NCBI GenBank assembly: GCA_001724265.1
Contig: MEDY01000345.1
Location: forward strand, 1 to 46,531
DNA from: Rhizaria sp. SCN 62-66
Lineage: Eukaryota
Direction of reading: 5' to 3'
Length of the DNA: 46,531 bases
Shown here: positions 1-12,762 of the stretch, piece by piece
Layout: each line of letters begins with the position of its first letter
Numbering within the stretch: the stretch's first letter is position 1
Translations under genes and position numbers: made by a program
Notes under the pieces: model-generated
The model's input: only the letters and a program-made list of their open reading frames with translations
What the model was told of the DNA's origin: nothing
Database searches by the model: none

Positions 1-256
1 AAATAAACCACGTAGTTTGATAACTTCTACGAAAGTGCGCCAAAGTCGCAAAAAAAGCGCGAATTCGCGTTTTTTAGTTGACGCTACATAGGGGTTATAT
101 AGATTTGAGAGAGTAATTCAATACAGATTAACAGATTTGATTCATATGAGCAGAAGTGCAAGAAATAAATATGGATGAACACTCTGTATTGGGTTTATGA
201 GGAAATAATGAATTAAATATAACTAGATATAAGTTGATAATGAATTGTACGTTTGG

Positions 257-3200
257 TCACTTCTTGTTATTTAGCTTGCTATCTTTCTCATTCTGCGTAG
301 GAGTCTTGTCCATGCTGCGCACGTGTTGACTAAGACCGTAACCGGACCCAAGACTGCCACTGCCGAATGAGTTTGCAAAAACTGATTTGCCTGTACCTGC
401 ACCACCACTACTACCACCAATAATTGACTGAATAGAGCTCTTCAAGCTACTGCTTGCGCTGGCGGTGGCACTCGCGGCCCCTGCGTTGCCGCTCTTGGTT
501 GCTTGCTTGGTAGTGCTTTTACTCGATGAGGCCTTTACTCCCTGTGCTCCTTGTGACGGTGTCTGCACCTGGACCGGCTTTTGCGGCTGCGCCTGTGGCG
601 GCGCATGTGACTGCGATTGTGTGCGTACTTGGGCTTGCGTCTGGGCGGCAGCGCTAGCTAGTCCAGCCCGACTACTGACCACAGACTCAGTTGCGGCCGC
701 AGGTGCGACAGCAGCTGGACCAGACTTCTTGCTCGTGATAGACTGTTTGAGCATATCGAATGCCGCGTTCGCGCGCGCCACGGCAGTAGGCTCACGCGTA
801 GGGGGCCCAGCATCAGAGGCAGGAGAGTGCGCCGCGTGCGGAGCGGTCTTAGCCGCGGTCGCAGTGAAAAGAGTCGGGTTCATCCATGCAGGCCCCAGCG
901 CAGTGCCGGTGACAGCGGCTGCAGCAACACTTGCGTTTGCATTCACCCCAGCACCTGCTGCAGCGCTCGCAGCGGAGACGCGCGTGGGCGTAAGGAACGA
1001 CAAGAACGGGGACCCACGCGGTGCCGCCGCAGCCGCCGCCGCAGCGGCAGCAGGTGCAGTTGCAGCAGCAGGAGCAGCGGCGACGAGGGGCGTCTGTGCG
1101 GGTGCGGGATGCTTCTGCGCAAGCTTCTTGCTTGCAAAGTCACCAGTAGACACGAGCGCTGCGTTCCAAGGACGGCGAGAGAGACCGCTTTGAAGATTCA
1201 TCATTGCGGACATCAAGGGCGGTGCAACCACACCCGCCGCAACCGCGTCGCCGATCGCAGGACCGCGAGAAGTGGTATTGGCAGCATGAGGCGCAACAGC
1301 TGCGTTGGTGCGCGAGCCGGCGTCAAGCCGGTGCGCGAGTTTGCGCTGACCCAGGAACTCCTCGGGCGTGCCCCAGAAGAGCGCGTCAGCCGCGTAGTTA
1401 GAGTACACTACAACGGGCGCGTCACCGCCGTCGCTATTGCAGGTGTTGTCTCCGGTGCTGGAGCCAGTGTCGGTGGCGCTATCAATGGGTAGCCCGGAGA
1501 AGTCCATGCGCACCACAGCGCCGCTTGCGGTCACAGTCGGAATCGCGCTCCGGTTCTGCCGCGTGCCGTGCGCGGACGAGCTCGCAGCTCTGACGCGTGC
1601 CAAGTCCGCCGGCGCAAGCTTGCGCGCGAGCTTCTCCATCACGCGGCGGTCAGATCGCGCGATCACGCGCACCTGCTGCAGTGACATCACGCGCGGGGCC
1701 CGGTGCGATGCCGCGATCCCCGCCGCGGAGGGCAAGTGCCCGTCGCGCGCAGACTGGTAGCCGAGGATACCCGCGCTCACGGTGCCACAGCCCGCGCTCG
1801 CGTTGCCGCCAGCGCCGCCGGACTCGTCCGCACTGGCACTTGCACTCGCGAGCATGGGCGCGGCGTCAGAGGCGAAAAGCGGCTGCTGCTGCTCCAGCTC
1901 GGCCTCGTCCAGGAAAACCTCGTTGAGCGCCTCGACCAGCAGCGACAAAGGACCGCGCGGCGCGCGCACGATTGCCTGAGACGTGACATCACGGAGCTCG
2001 CGCGCCGCGCGTCGGGAGGGCTTCGTCACGGCCGCCGTAGCCGCGGTCGTGACAGCAGGGGCAGGCGTGACGTCTGCGCTCTGAGTGGTATCGCTCGTTG
2101 GAGTCATACTCGTCGCAGCATCCTTGCTCTCAGAAGAAGCGTTAATATTGAGGTTCTTGGAAATGTCCTCTCCAGCGACTCCCGCAGCGCGCTGCGTCGC
2201 CTCCGCCCCAGCTTCGGCCTTCTGAAACTCGTCGACTGCGGCGTTGGCGTGTTCCACGCCAGCGGGACCCGTGGCGACGGCGTACACCATCATGTCGTCA
2301 TCAAGCGAGCGCAGCGCGCGCAGGCCCAGAGGGTCGAACGCGCGCTCGGGCAGCGACACGGGGCGGTACTCTTGCGCGGTCTCGAGCCACACAGTGGACG
2401 GCAGCAGCGGCGTGGGCCGCGGGTTCTGGCGGCGGCGGCGCTCGCGCATAACCATCACGCGTACGTGTACGGCGCCCGCGTCGGCCCACTGCGGCAGGAA
2501 CGGCGACGGCGACGACGCGGGCGTTGCGTGGGACGCGAGCATTGCGGCCGCACCCTCCCACGACGAGTCGAGATTCACAGCAGTCTCGTCGCCTGCGCCA
2601 GAGGCGGCGGCGACGAGCGCGGGCGGCGGCAGCAGCGGGAGCAGCTGGCGCGCCGCAGGCGAGGTGAGCACCGCGGGCGACACGTACGGCAGCCGGAACG
2701 AGCCCGTGAAGAACACGTCGCTCGGCGCCAGCGGCGCGAGCGTCGGCGGCGCGTGCGCACCTGCGCTGCCGTCCCCCGCGGGCACATGCGCGCCGGTTTC
2801 TGCGACGGCGAGCGCAGCGGCGGCGGCCAGCGACGCGTGCGTCTCTGAGCCGTCAATCGCGCGACGGTACGCGGCGGCCGAATGGCGCGCGCGCGGGCCG
2901 GCGTAGAGCGTGAGCCGCAGCGCGCTGTCGATCAGCGGCAGCCCGCTCGCGTGCGGCGACAGCGACAGGTGCGACAGGAACGGCGGCACTGCGCTCGACG
3001 ATGATGTCTCCGCAACTGCCAAGGCGTCGCCGCTTTCGCTGCTCTCGTTGCTGCTGGTGTCCTTCGTATTTGCTCCAAGGATCGAGGCCGGGTCGGGGTA
3101 CACGTGCGCGTACACCGGCATCAGCACAGGCGGCTGCTGCGACGCCTTCGCGCGGCCCGGCGCCGCCGCAGCAGCCGCGGCCGCACTGCCCTGCCAGAGT

Positions 3201-6200
3201 CGCAGCGCCATGACGTCAGCGCTCACAGTCGGCATGTGCGGGTCCGCGGCCGCGGCGCGCGTCTGCTCCCAGCTCGCCGCGGCAAGGCGCTCCACGGTCG
3301 CCGTGTCGGCCTGCGGGTACATGTTGCGGAAACGGTCGCGCTCGGCCGCGGCCACCGCGTCGGGCGTCGCCCCCGCCAGCCCGTACAGGAAGGCGTGCAC
3401 GGTGCGTGCGGCCTCAGGCTCCGTCGCCGACACGGGCTGCCGTAGCGGGTTATCGTCGGCCAGCGCGATGTGGCGCAGCGAGACGGGCTCGTCGCGCTCC
3501 AGCGCGGGCGCAGGGGCGAGCGCGAGCGGCACCGCGGCCGCCTCGGCCGTCGCCGCGGCCAGCTCGCGCAGCATCATGTCTTTGGCGGCCGCCTGGTCTT
3601 CCGCGGCGAGCTGGTTCAGCGACGCCGTGGCGGCCTGCACCTTGGCCATGGTCGCCTGCAGCCGGTGCTCGCCCGCGGCGCCCGACGCGCGCATCGACGC
3701 CAGCCGGCGCTTGGCGTCCGCCGCCGCCACGGCCTGCGTCAGCGTGTTGCGCTGCAGCCGGCGCCGGTCCGCGGCTTCGGCGTCCGCGGTCGCGACGGCC
3801 TGCATCTCGGCTTGCTTCTCTGCGCGGGCGCGCTCCACTCCGGCGATGGCGTCAGCCATGACTGCGCTGAGCTCGCTCGCGCCAGTGCCGTTGGCCGCAC
3901 TGGATGCGGCCTCGGCGGCTGCAGCGCGCGCGTGGGCGTGGTCCTACTGGATGCGCTCGCGCAGGGCCTCCGCAGTGGAGAGCGCGGTGGCGCGGCGCGT
4001 GGCCACGGTCTCGAACTGGGCCAGCGCCCCGAGCACCTGCGTCTGCAGCTGCTTTGCGATTGCAAGCGTCGGCGCTTTGTCCATCAGCGCGCCCGCGGCA
4101 GCGGTGTGCGCGAGCAGCGCGTTCTCGCGCGCGGTCCACGCCGCGTTGTCCGCCGCGGCCGTGATTGCGCTCTCAATCGCTGCGTCGGTCGCGGCGGCTG
4201 TAGCCTCGTCGGCGTCGCCGGCCAGCTCCGACGGCGCGTTCTGCACCAGCGCCGCGATCGTGGCCTCGCACATCTGCGACAGCTGCTGCACTTCGTCGCT
4301 CAGCAGCGCCAACGCGGCCTGGGCCTCGGCCGCGGCGGCGGCCACGGTCTCCGCGATCTCGCGCTCGCGCGCGCCGCTCATGGCGTGCGACTGGATCGCA
4401 AATGACGGCAGCGCAGACAGCAGAGGGGCCGGCTGCGCGTGCGCCGGCTGCGGCAGGATCGAGCGCCGCGCGGGCTCGCCGCCGTGCGCGCCTTGGGCGC
4501 CCTCTGCGGCAGTCTCGGTGTGCGCGAGAGGCAGCAGGCGGCGCGCTGACGCGGGCTTGGCCACCAGCGACGCCAGTCTGACAGCGTTCTCTGCAGCGGG
4601 TGCGTTTGCTGCGGGCTTCGGATTCCCGACGGACTGCTCCGCTGGGTTAGCCTCGCTATCGCCATCGCCACTGGCGTTCTTGGACTTCGATTTGAGCAGC
4701 GCGAAGCGCGAGGCGTCGCGGCGCATCTGCGGACGGCGGCCTTCACCGGCCTCGAGCCCCGCGGCCGCGGCCGCAGCCAAGTACCGCGCCGCGGCCTGTC
4801 CAGAGAGGCCGAAGCCGCTGCCCGCGTGCGCGCCCACGGCGGCAGCCGCGGCTGCAGCTTCTGCAGCTTCCGCGGCAGCGGAGGCAGCGGAGTGAGCGTT
4901 GTGGCCCTAGGTGTTGTCGGCGTCGTCACCATTGCGCGCGAGCCGCGCTAGCAGCGGGCGCGAGGCCTGCAGCATGCGCGCGACGAGCTGCCCGCCCACA
5001 GTCATTTGCAGCGGCGTCCGTTTCACAGAGCGCGCGTGAAAGGAGTACTCGCGCCGCGCGTCCGTGACCACAGCTCCCACAGCGGGACCGCCGCCGCCGC
5101 CGCCGCCGCCGCGCGTCTCTGCGAGCAGCTCCTTGGTGCGCGCCATGCGTGCCTTGAGCTCGGCGAGCGCTGCGCGCCGCGCCGCCGACGCGCCGGGGCC
5201 CTTGGTGGTGATCGCGGCGGTCAGATCTGCAGTGGAGCGCGCCGGGGTATCAGCGAGCGCGGCGCTGAACAGCTCAGCGCGGTTGATGGCGGGCTTTGCG
5301 GGCGCGGCAGCTGGCGCCACCGACGCCGCCACAGGTGCTGCCGTAGGCGCTGTCGCGGGCGTGACGGACGCAGCGGAGTCAGGAGCGGTCGCAGAGGCAG
5401 AGACTGAGGCAGAGGCGGCTGCGGGCTTCTGCTTGGCGGGAGGCACGAAGACGCCCGCGGCGCGGAGCTGCGCACGCATCTCGGCCAAAAGCTCCTCCTT
5501 GGTCTTGGCGCGGCCCAGCGGCACAGGCACGGACACGCCGGACACAATCACGCTCCCGCGCGCGGGCGCCACGGCCGCGGATACGGGCTTCACCGCCGCT
5601 GGCGTCGCGGCCGCGGTTGGGGTCGACAACGCAGACGCGGCGGCGGAGGGCTCTTGGTAGCTCCACAGCGGCTGCTGCTTCGCTGCGCTCGCGCTGGCGC
5701 CGCGACCCTCGTTATCGTTGCCGTCAGCACCTTTGCGCGCACGCGTCTGCTGAGGGCCGTCGTCGTCGGCGACGGTGTCGGCGAGGTTGTGGAGTGGCGA
5801 GTTGCGGCGCGCAAAGGCCGCGGCGTCGTGTTTGCTGAGCCCCGCGGCGCGGAGCTTGCGCGCGGCGATGTTGACGCTGAGTCGTTCATCAACCAGCGCT
5901 TGCGCGAGGCGTGCCGTCTCCTCCGCGGCCGCGACGGCCTCGTCGCGCGCGGCCTGCTCCGCGGCGGCCTCTTCCGCGCGCAGCTCGTCGCGCAGCGCGG
6001 CGCGGCGCGAGACGGCCCCGCGCGCGACAGCGTCGGCCGAGTCGAAGGCGTCGCGCTGCTGCGGCACGCCCAACCGCTCGGCGGCCTGCGCGGCGCGCTC
6101 CTCGGCCAGCAGCCGGTCCAGCGGGCGCGCGTCGCCGTACACGCTGCGGTGGGCCACCGCGCGCAGTGTCTCGCGGTCCACGCGGTCCGAGCCGGCGCGG

Positions 6201-9200
6201 TTCAGCATCTGCAGCCGCTCCAGCGTCTCGCGGAAGCGCATGTCCGCCTCGGCCTGCGGGGCTGTGTATTGGCGCGAGACGCCGAAGTTGGCCGCCTGGT
6301 GAGTCGTGACCGCGATGGAGCCGAACACGGGGCCCTGCGGCACTGGCGGCGAGGGGGGCTTCTTCCTCCGCTTGCCATCGAGCAACGCACTGCCACTACC
6401 GCTGTTGCTGTCGTTGCTGTCGGTACTGCTGTTGTTGTTGGTGTTATTGGCGTTGTTGCGGCGCGCGAGCGACTCCTGCTCCGCGACCACTGCCTCGGCC
6501 TGCCCGCGCGCCCACGCCCGGAGCTCGCTGCGCCGCGGCACACTCACCGCGGCGTCCTTTTCTCGCTGCCGCTGCTGTGTGTCGCGCGCGTCGAGGTCTT
6601 GCTGCTGGCGGTCCAGCGTCGCCGCGCGCACGTACATGTCCCACGCGGGCCACGCATACCGCTCGAGGTAGTACACAAGCCGCCCCGGCTCCCACGTCGC
6701 CGGCACGCGCAACTCGAGGCACGCGTCGGCGAAGCTCCCCGGCGGCGCCACGCGCGAGAGCAGCTGCGAAGGGTGCGCGCAGCCGCTGGCCTTAAGCGCC
6801 TGCGCCAGTGCCTCGGGCGGCACGTGCGCCAACTGGTCGCCGCCGTTGCGTACCGCAACCGCGCCGCCACTGCCATCGACTGCATTTGTGCTGCTGCCGC
6901 TGTTGGGACTGTTGGAGCCGGCGACGCCGCCAGTGACGTTGCTGTTGCCGAGCAGCGCAGCGAGCGAGTCGCGGTGCGCCTTGGCGGTGGCGCGCTTGGA
7001 CAGCAGCTCGCGCTCGCGGCGACGCGCGGCGTCGGCGGCCGCGGCCATGCGGTCGTCGTTGCTACCGTCATCCGCCGTCCCTGTAGAGTCCACGGGCGTG
7101 GCGGCAGCGGCGGCGGCGGAAGTGACAGGCGGGAAGAAGACGGAGCCGTCGTGCGCGATGTGCGCTGCGGGTTCCCGGTTCTTACTCGCGCTACCGCTGC
7201 TGCTGCTGGCAGAGGCGCGTCCGTTGCGCAGCAGCCTCAGAGAGCGCGGTCGCGCGCTGCCATCACTAGCAGCGGCGGTGGCGTTCTCGGCAGCGTTGGC
7301 GTCGGCGACAACGCTCGCGGCCTCGGCGGCCTCGGCGGCGGCGCGCGCGGCGACTGTCGCCGTCTCGAGCGGCGCGTTGGTGATGGCGCCGGCGCGCGTG
7401 TTGGTGACGCCGTAGCGCGCGAGCATCGCTTTGTAGCCGGCGGACACGACGCGCGGGGCCTGTGCGAGCGCGCCGCTGCCGACCTCGAACGCCTCGACGC
7501 CGGGCGCGAGGTCCAGCTCGTGCGTCTCGCCTTCACTGTCGCCGCCAGCGCTATTGCCGCGGGTGCGAAGAGTCAGCGAGGGCGCAAAGGTAGACGCGCC
7601 GGGCGGGAGGAAGTGCACTGCGACGCGCAGGCGGTACCCGAAGCCCTTGGAGGCCTGCGGCCACGCGTCTTCGTCCTGTGCCAGTCCGGCCTCGCGCGCG
7701 AGCCGCGCCGCCGGCGACCCGTCGTCGCTCCCCGCGCCGGTGCCAAGTCCGTACTTGCCGCGCGCGGCCTCGGCGGCGGCCTCGGCGCGTGTGAGGCGGC
7801 GCGACCACCAGCGTGAGCCGTTAAGCAGCGCGTAGCCCTGTTTGTTCATCACCGTGTTGCGTAGCGTCTTGAGCGCGAGGAGACGCTCGTGCTGCGCGAC
7901 GGCCGGGTCAAACGTGACGAACCCCTCGGCCATCATGGCTTCGAGCAGGAAGTACCGCGCGTGCGTCGTCTCCTCGACCGTCTCGCTGCGCTCTTGGTTG
8001 CCGGCGTAGAACAAGTGCGCCCACGCGCGCGGCGACGACGCGAACTCGGCCATATCGTCCCCCACAGGGTTCGTTGTGTCCGACTGCTGCGCGCCAAAGT
8101 ATCGGTTCATCGCCGGGTTGGCCCCGCCCGCGGCGGACTTGTTCCACTGCGCGCGCGCCCGCTGCGCCTGCATCAGCGCCAGCCACGCCGCGGCCTCGGC
8201 CGGGGAGGCTTCGTCGCCGAGCTCGCCGACAAGCTTCGCCAGCGCCGTGTCGACGGCAATCACGCCCGCGGGGGCCATTGCGCGCTCGCGGCGGCGGCGC
8301 TCGCGTTCACCCGCGTCTAGATTGGGCGACTGCGCCTCGTCCAGCTCGTCCACGCCCCCGTTGCGCACGCCCTTCGCTGAGGAACTGCTGCTGCTGTTGT
8401 TGTTTTCGTCCTGCGCGAGAGACTGCAGGTACGCTGGGTCGCGGTACAGCGGGTCCCAGTGGCGCTCGCGGCGGTCTGCGCGCTCGCGGGTCAGCGACTG
8501 CAGCCGCACGCGCACCAGCCTCACGTGCGGCAGCGCCGCCGCAGCCGCCAACGGGTCCACCGTCGCCGAAGTCGCATCCGAGTCCGCGGTCCTCTCGGCT
8601 GCGGAGTCTGCGTCTGCGTTCGTGGTGGGAAGAGTGCGGGGGAGGCGGTTGGCGGCAGCTTCGGCCGAGTTGGCGGCGAAGTTAGGCCGCAGACACGTCA
8701 CAGCCGAGTCGAACCGCGGGGGCTCGGACAGCAGACGCAGGCGCGCGCGCGCCACGGCGGGCTTTGGGACGTATTTATCGCTCAAATCACGCGCTAAGTC
8801 GAGCATGCCTGACCCACCACTCACACTATCACTCGACTCACTGTCGTTGTTATGATTATTGTTATTAGACTCATCGGCATTGCGACCGCGGCCGCGCGGG
8901 CGGACGTAGAAGGACAGGATGCCGCCGCGCGGGGGCTCTGCTGTCGCGGTGTCAGGGACACGGAAAGGGTCAGCCAAGTCGAGGTCGTCGGCCACAGAAG
9001 TCTGCGCCTTGCGGTAGTCGAGCGCGGCGTTGAGTAGCGCCAGCTGCTCCTGGTTGTGCTGGCGGATCAGATCCAGCGATAGCGGGTAGTACAGGGCGCG
9101 CCCGTCCCCGTTGTCATGTGTACCCCCATGCGTTCCGCCGTGTGCTCCATTGTTGTGTTGCGGGAAGACGTCTTTGAGCGCGGAGTGCTCCTGCTGCCGC

Positions 9201-10387
9201 TGCAGCGCCGCAGCGTCTTCCCCCTCAGCGCTTTGACTGATATCGCCGCCGTGGAGTGTGTTTCGTAGACTGGCGGCCTCGGCGCGGCGGAGGTCTTCGC
9301 GCTCTTTGACGGAGCGGACATAGCGCGACGACTCGTCGATGACCATCGCCGTCGCCGCGTTGGCCGGCCCGCCGTGAAAGAGATCCGGGTGCACGCGCAT
9401 CGCCACGCGCGCGGCATAGTCGACGGGGCTCTTCCGCAGCGCAGCCGCGGCCGAGAGCGGAGTGCGCACACTCGACTGCAGCCGCGCCGCGCCACTTGCG
9501 GTCGCGGTGGTGTCCTCGCCCCCGCCTTCCCCCATAATAGCGGGGCCGCCGCGGCGCGTGCGCGTGCGGGACGTGGGACCCGCTCCGGCGCCCGCGCCTG
9601 CGCCGTAGCTTGTGGAGTAGTGCGCTGCGTTAGCGGCTGCTTCGTCGTCCTCGATTTTGCGCTGCAGCCGCGCGCGCGCGCGTTCCTCGATCTCCTGCCA
9701 CGCCTCGCCCATTGCGCGGTCCGCGGCGGCGCGCGCGGCGCGGGCCTGCGGGGACAGGTCGAGCTCGAACTCCTCGCGCTCCAGCTCGCGCGCGCGCGGG
9801 ATCCGGGCCGCAAACGCGCGCTGCTCTTGCTCGATCGCCGCAGCGGAGCCGGCGCTAGCGGCGTCGTACTCGCCGGCCGCGCGGGAGAGCTGGGCGTGCT
9901 CGTGCTCGCGCAGCAAGCGCTGGTAGAGCTTCTCCTCGACCTGAGCCTCGAGCCGCGCCTGGTTGTACCCGGCGTCCGCGAGCGTCGTCTCGGTCTCCAT
10001 GTCTGTGGGGCGGCTTAGCTTGAGCAGGTCGAATTCGCTGTAGTCGTGCGCGCGGCGGCCAGAGCCCGGTAGGCGCTCGCCAGGCAGCGCACCCCAGGGG
10101 ACGCCGCCGTCGCTGGCGCCGTTCTTGCGGTGTTTGCGGCCGCCGGGGCCGTCGCTGTGAGCGTCGTCGGTGTTGCCGTCAGAGCCGCTGGCGCCGCTGC
10201 CAGGCGGGCGCGCGGTTGTAAAGTGTGCGCGCGGGCCTGAGCGCGCCAGGAGCAGCGAGGATGTTGTGGGTGTGAGTTGGGGACGCGCGGCTGTTGCGGA
10301 GAGCTGTGGCAGCCGCGCGGGGCCGACAAGAGCGGCCAAGTGGTGTGCTGAGCTCTGCAGCGCTCGGACGCGGGCGCACCCGAGCAT
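257..10387 (-). CDS. Giant (~3376 aa) intronless Ala-rich protein with a probable mitochondrial presequence and a TCAIM/DUF4460-like HPD domain; contains two in-frame TAG codons
   Basis: ORFs 4907..10387, 3944..4837 and 257..3859 share one frame and are separated only by TAG (4907-4909, 3944-3946) with open linkers. ATG at 10387, TGA at 257-259; 10131 nt = 3377 codons. The N-terminus is Arg/Ser/Ala-rich and lacks acidic residues. Motifs VHPDLF...HNQEQLALLN...LSFYVR recall TCAIM from memory, not from a search. Confidence 0.75.
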
Positions 10388-10853
10388 CGTGCGAACCTAG
10401 GACGGGCATGGGGAGGAAATAAAAAGAAAAGTTGGTATACTAAGCCAAATTAATACATAAGACGCTATTATTAACCTTATTGACGATTCAGTTAGCTCAG
10501 TGCACATCGCGAGAGATGACCGAGCGGCATTTCCTTCCCGAGTTTTTCGGTCCACAGCCGGTCGGCGAACGCGGTCGACAATCGCTCGCTTCGTTGGGCT
10601 GACGAGCAGCGCGTATTGGGAGCCTATTTAACAGGTCATTCCGTCGGAGAATATTGATGCCAGTATAATAATTGTCCTGTCGCGACGCTAAAGTATCTTT
10701 TTTGTTTAGCCTAGGTCGCCCACTATCTGTTTATGCCTTCTATGACAACGTTTGGTTGCGGTCGTGCTGTAGCCATGCTCTTTGCTCTGTTGCTTGCTCT
10801 TGTCTCACAATTTCCGACTCATGCGCTTTTCATTTTCTTGCTGCACAGAGACT

Positions 10854-11301
10854 ATGCCGAAGGAGGCCAAGTTTGTTACCCCTCAGTGGATCTACTCTCC
10901 CTGGGGCTCTGGATGGAGCGTCTCCGCGCCCGGCGCCAGCAAGCGCTTCGCGATCGCCTTCCCCGTCTTCCTCACCACCGTTGGCGCCATCACCTACTAC
11001 GTCGAGACCCAGTGCAAGGTGCGTCGCTCTTCCCCCACATAATCTCACAGTGCCTTTACTACTCAATTCTTTGTTGCGCGCCGTTCCTGGTCATATATCC
11101 TCGCTATAGCGAGCTTGCTGTCTCTCTTACCGCTCTTGCTCATTCTCTCACTCATCTCACTCTCTTGCTCTTTGTTCCGCCACTCCCGCTGCTCTTCACT
11201 TTGCCCTGCTATGCCCGCCGTAGACCGTTCTGCGCCAGCGCGACCCCAACCTTGTCGTCACCGCGTACGAGGCTAAGCACAAGGACGCCCAGAAGCACTA
11301 A
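10854..11301 (+). CDS. Small (80 aa) single-TM protein, possibly a mitochondrial complex I accessory subunit; exons 10854-11018 and 11224-11301
   Basis: Spliced product MPKEAKFVTPQWIYSPWGSGWSVSAPGASKRFAIAFPVFLTTVGAITYYVETQCK|TVLRQRDPNLVVTAYEAKHKDAQKH*. GTGCGT...TAG intron, strong C-ending codon bias, TAA stop. The function call rests only on a loose resemblance to small fungal complex I subunits (P-x-W-x-x-SP-x-G-x-x-W followed by a TM helix). Confidence 0.6.
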
Positions 11302-12075
11302 ATGACTTAGCCCGAATCGCAGCGTTTTGTGACCCATAGCTTTGCGAAACAACCGCAGCAGCTTGTATTTGACAAAATAACCCGCAGTGCAAGCTAGCAA
11401 ACCTCTCACGACTCTCAGTTACGCCCAGCTATGCCGCATCAGCTGCAGAACTGCGTCACAGAGCCTGTTCGCGTGCAAACGCGCGTGCGTGTGCGTCTTT
11501 TGCGCCATTCACCTGCTCACACGTCCATGCTCTTGCTTGATTGACTCAGTCTCGTGCGAGTCTTTATTAAACCGCCACCAGTGTTTCCATTTTCTTTTGT
11601 TTTTAAATATTTGCTGCGGTTTGCAGCAGTAATGAGGAGATGCGTACGCACTCATTCAAGCGTGTGTGTGGAGGTGCAACAAAACAAAACTACACCACTC
11701 AGATACATAAATTATGCCTTTTACAACACTAAATCATCTCGGTTTTATCTGTACTGAATGGGTTGATTGTATTATGATGTTTTGTTTGAACTGTTTCGTT
11801 ATATCGCGGTCATATGGGCATCATTTGTCATCATCGCACTGTCGCGCGGAGCCGGGTGATCGACTGGCGGCACTGCTTTTGACCATTGTTTACTTGACCG
11901 TATCCACGACACAGTCAGAGGCTCCGTTTATTCACTCACCAATACGCACAATATCACGCCGAAGTGACGCGATTTTGCCGCTGCGCGCCAGTTGCAGCCG
12001 CTGTCGACCTAGGTTGTTGAAGATGTTTGAGCATCGCTCGTCTGCTTTGTAGCTGATGTAGGTATTGAAGGCGGC

Positions 12076-12762
12076 TTAGCCATTGTTGGCGGAAGACACG
12101 CGCTTCAGCACCCACGGCTGGTTGTCTATAAAAGGGGAAAACACGCGGCGATAGTCCCAAAACAAAGTATTGAGAGATACGTGAGGAGAGTTGAGGGGAC
12201 GGCGGAACACAGCAAGAGTAGTTTGAGATGGATACGAAGACACAAGTGGGTGAATATGCGCGGAGTAAGGCAACAGGGAGAACGTACCAATGGGACAGGC
12301 GTTGCGGACCTTGAGCCAGCGGTCGAGGCAGTGCGTGTGGAAGGCGTGGGTGCAGGCGCCCCAGGAAATGGAGCAGTTGATGGAGGACTTGCTGGTGCAG
12401 TCGATGCAGGGCATCATAACGATGTTGCGGCAGATGGAGCACGTGTCCGCGTCCAGGTCCCACTTCCACAGAGCTGCGCCGATGCGCGGTGACACAGTAG
12501 AAGTGCGGGTACGGGGGTGGCGGAGGGGAAGGGAGGGAGACGACAGAGGCAGGGAGATTGTAGCAACGAGGAGCCGGAAGCGATGGTGTTAAGATGAGTA
12601 GGAGTGTTAAATGAAGCTGCGGACAGATATCAGAAAGCAATTAGATTTATCCAGAGAGATAATTTTGTATCATGATCGCAAATTTCTCTCTAATGTTGTT
12701 TAGGACGTACCAGTGGCGTTCCACTCCTTGAGAGTGACAGTTCCAACGGGGGGCTGACTCAT
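12076..12762 (-). CDS. RBX1: RING-box protein RBX1/ROC1 (cullin-RING ligase subunit); exons 12762-12711, 12473-12288, 12125-12076
   Basis: Spliced product MSQPPVGTVTLKEWNATALWKWDLDADTCSICRNIVMMPCIDC...CSISWGACTHAFHTHCLDRWLKVRNACPIDNQPW...* matches the RBX1 RING-H2 pattern. Both introns are GTACGT..AG and phase-compatible; TAA stop. Confidence 0.9.

Noticed and set aside
257-4837. ORFs 257..3859 and 3944..4837 as separate genes
   Set aside because: Same frame as 4907..10387, separated only by TAG and 70-85 nt of coding-like sequence, with none of the AT-rich spacer seen between real genes here.
465-10018. Long plus-strand ORFs (e.g. 2910..4895, 5654..7816)
   Set aside because: Antisense or alternative-frame shadows of the GC-rich minus-strand gene, with no motifs. 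The same applies to 30022..33658 (+) and 40767..41753 (-).
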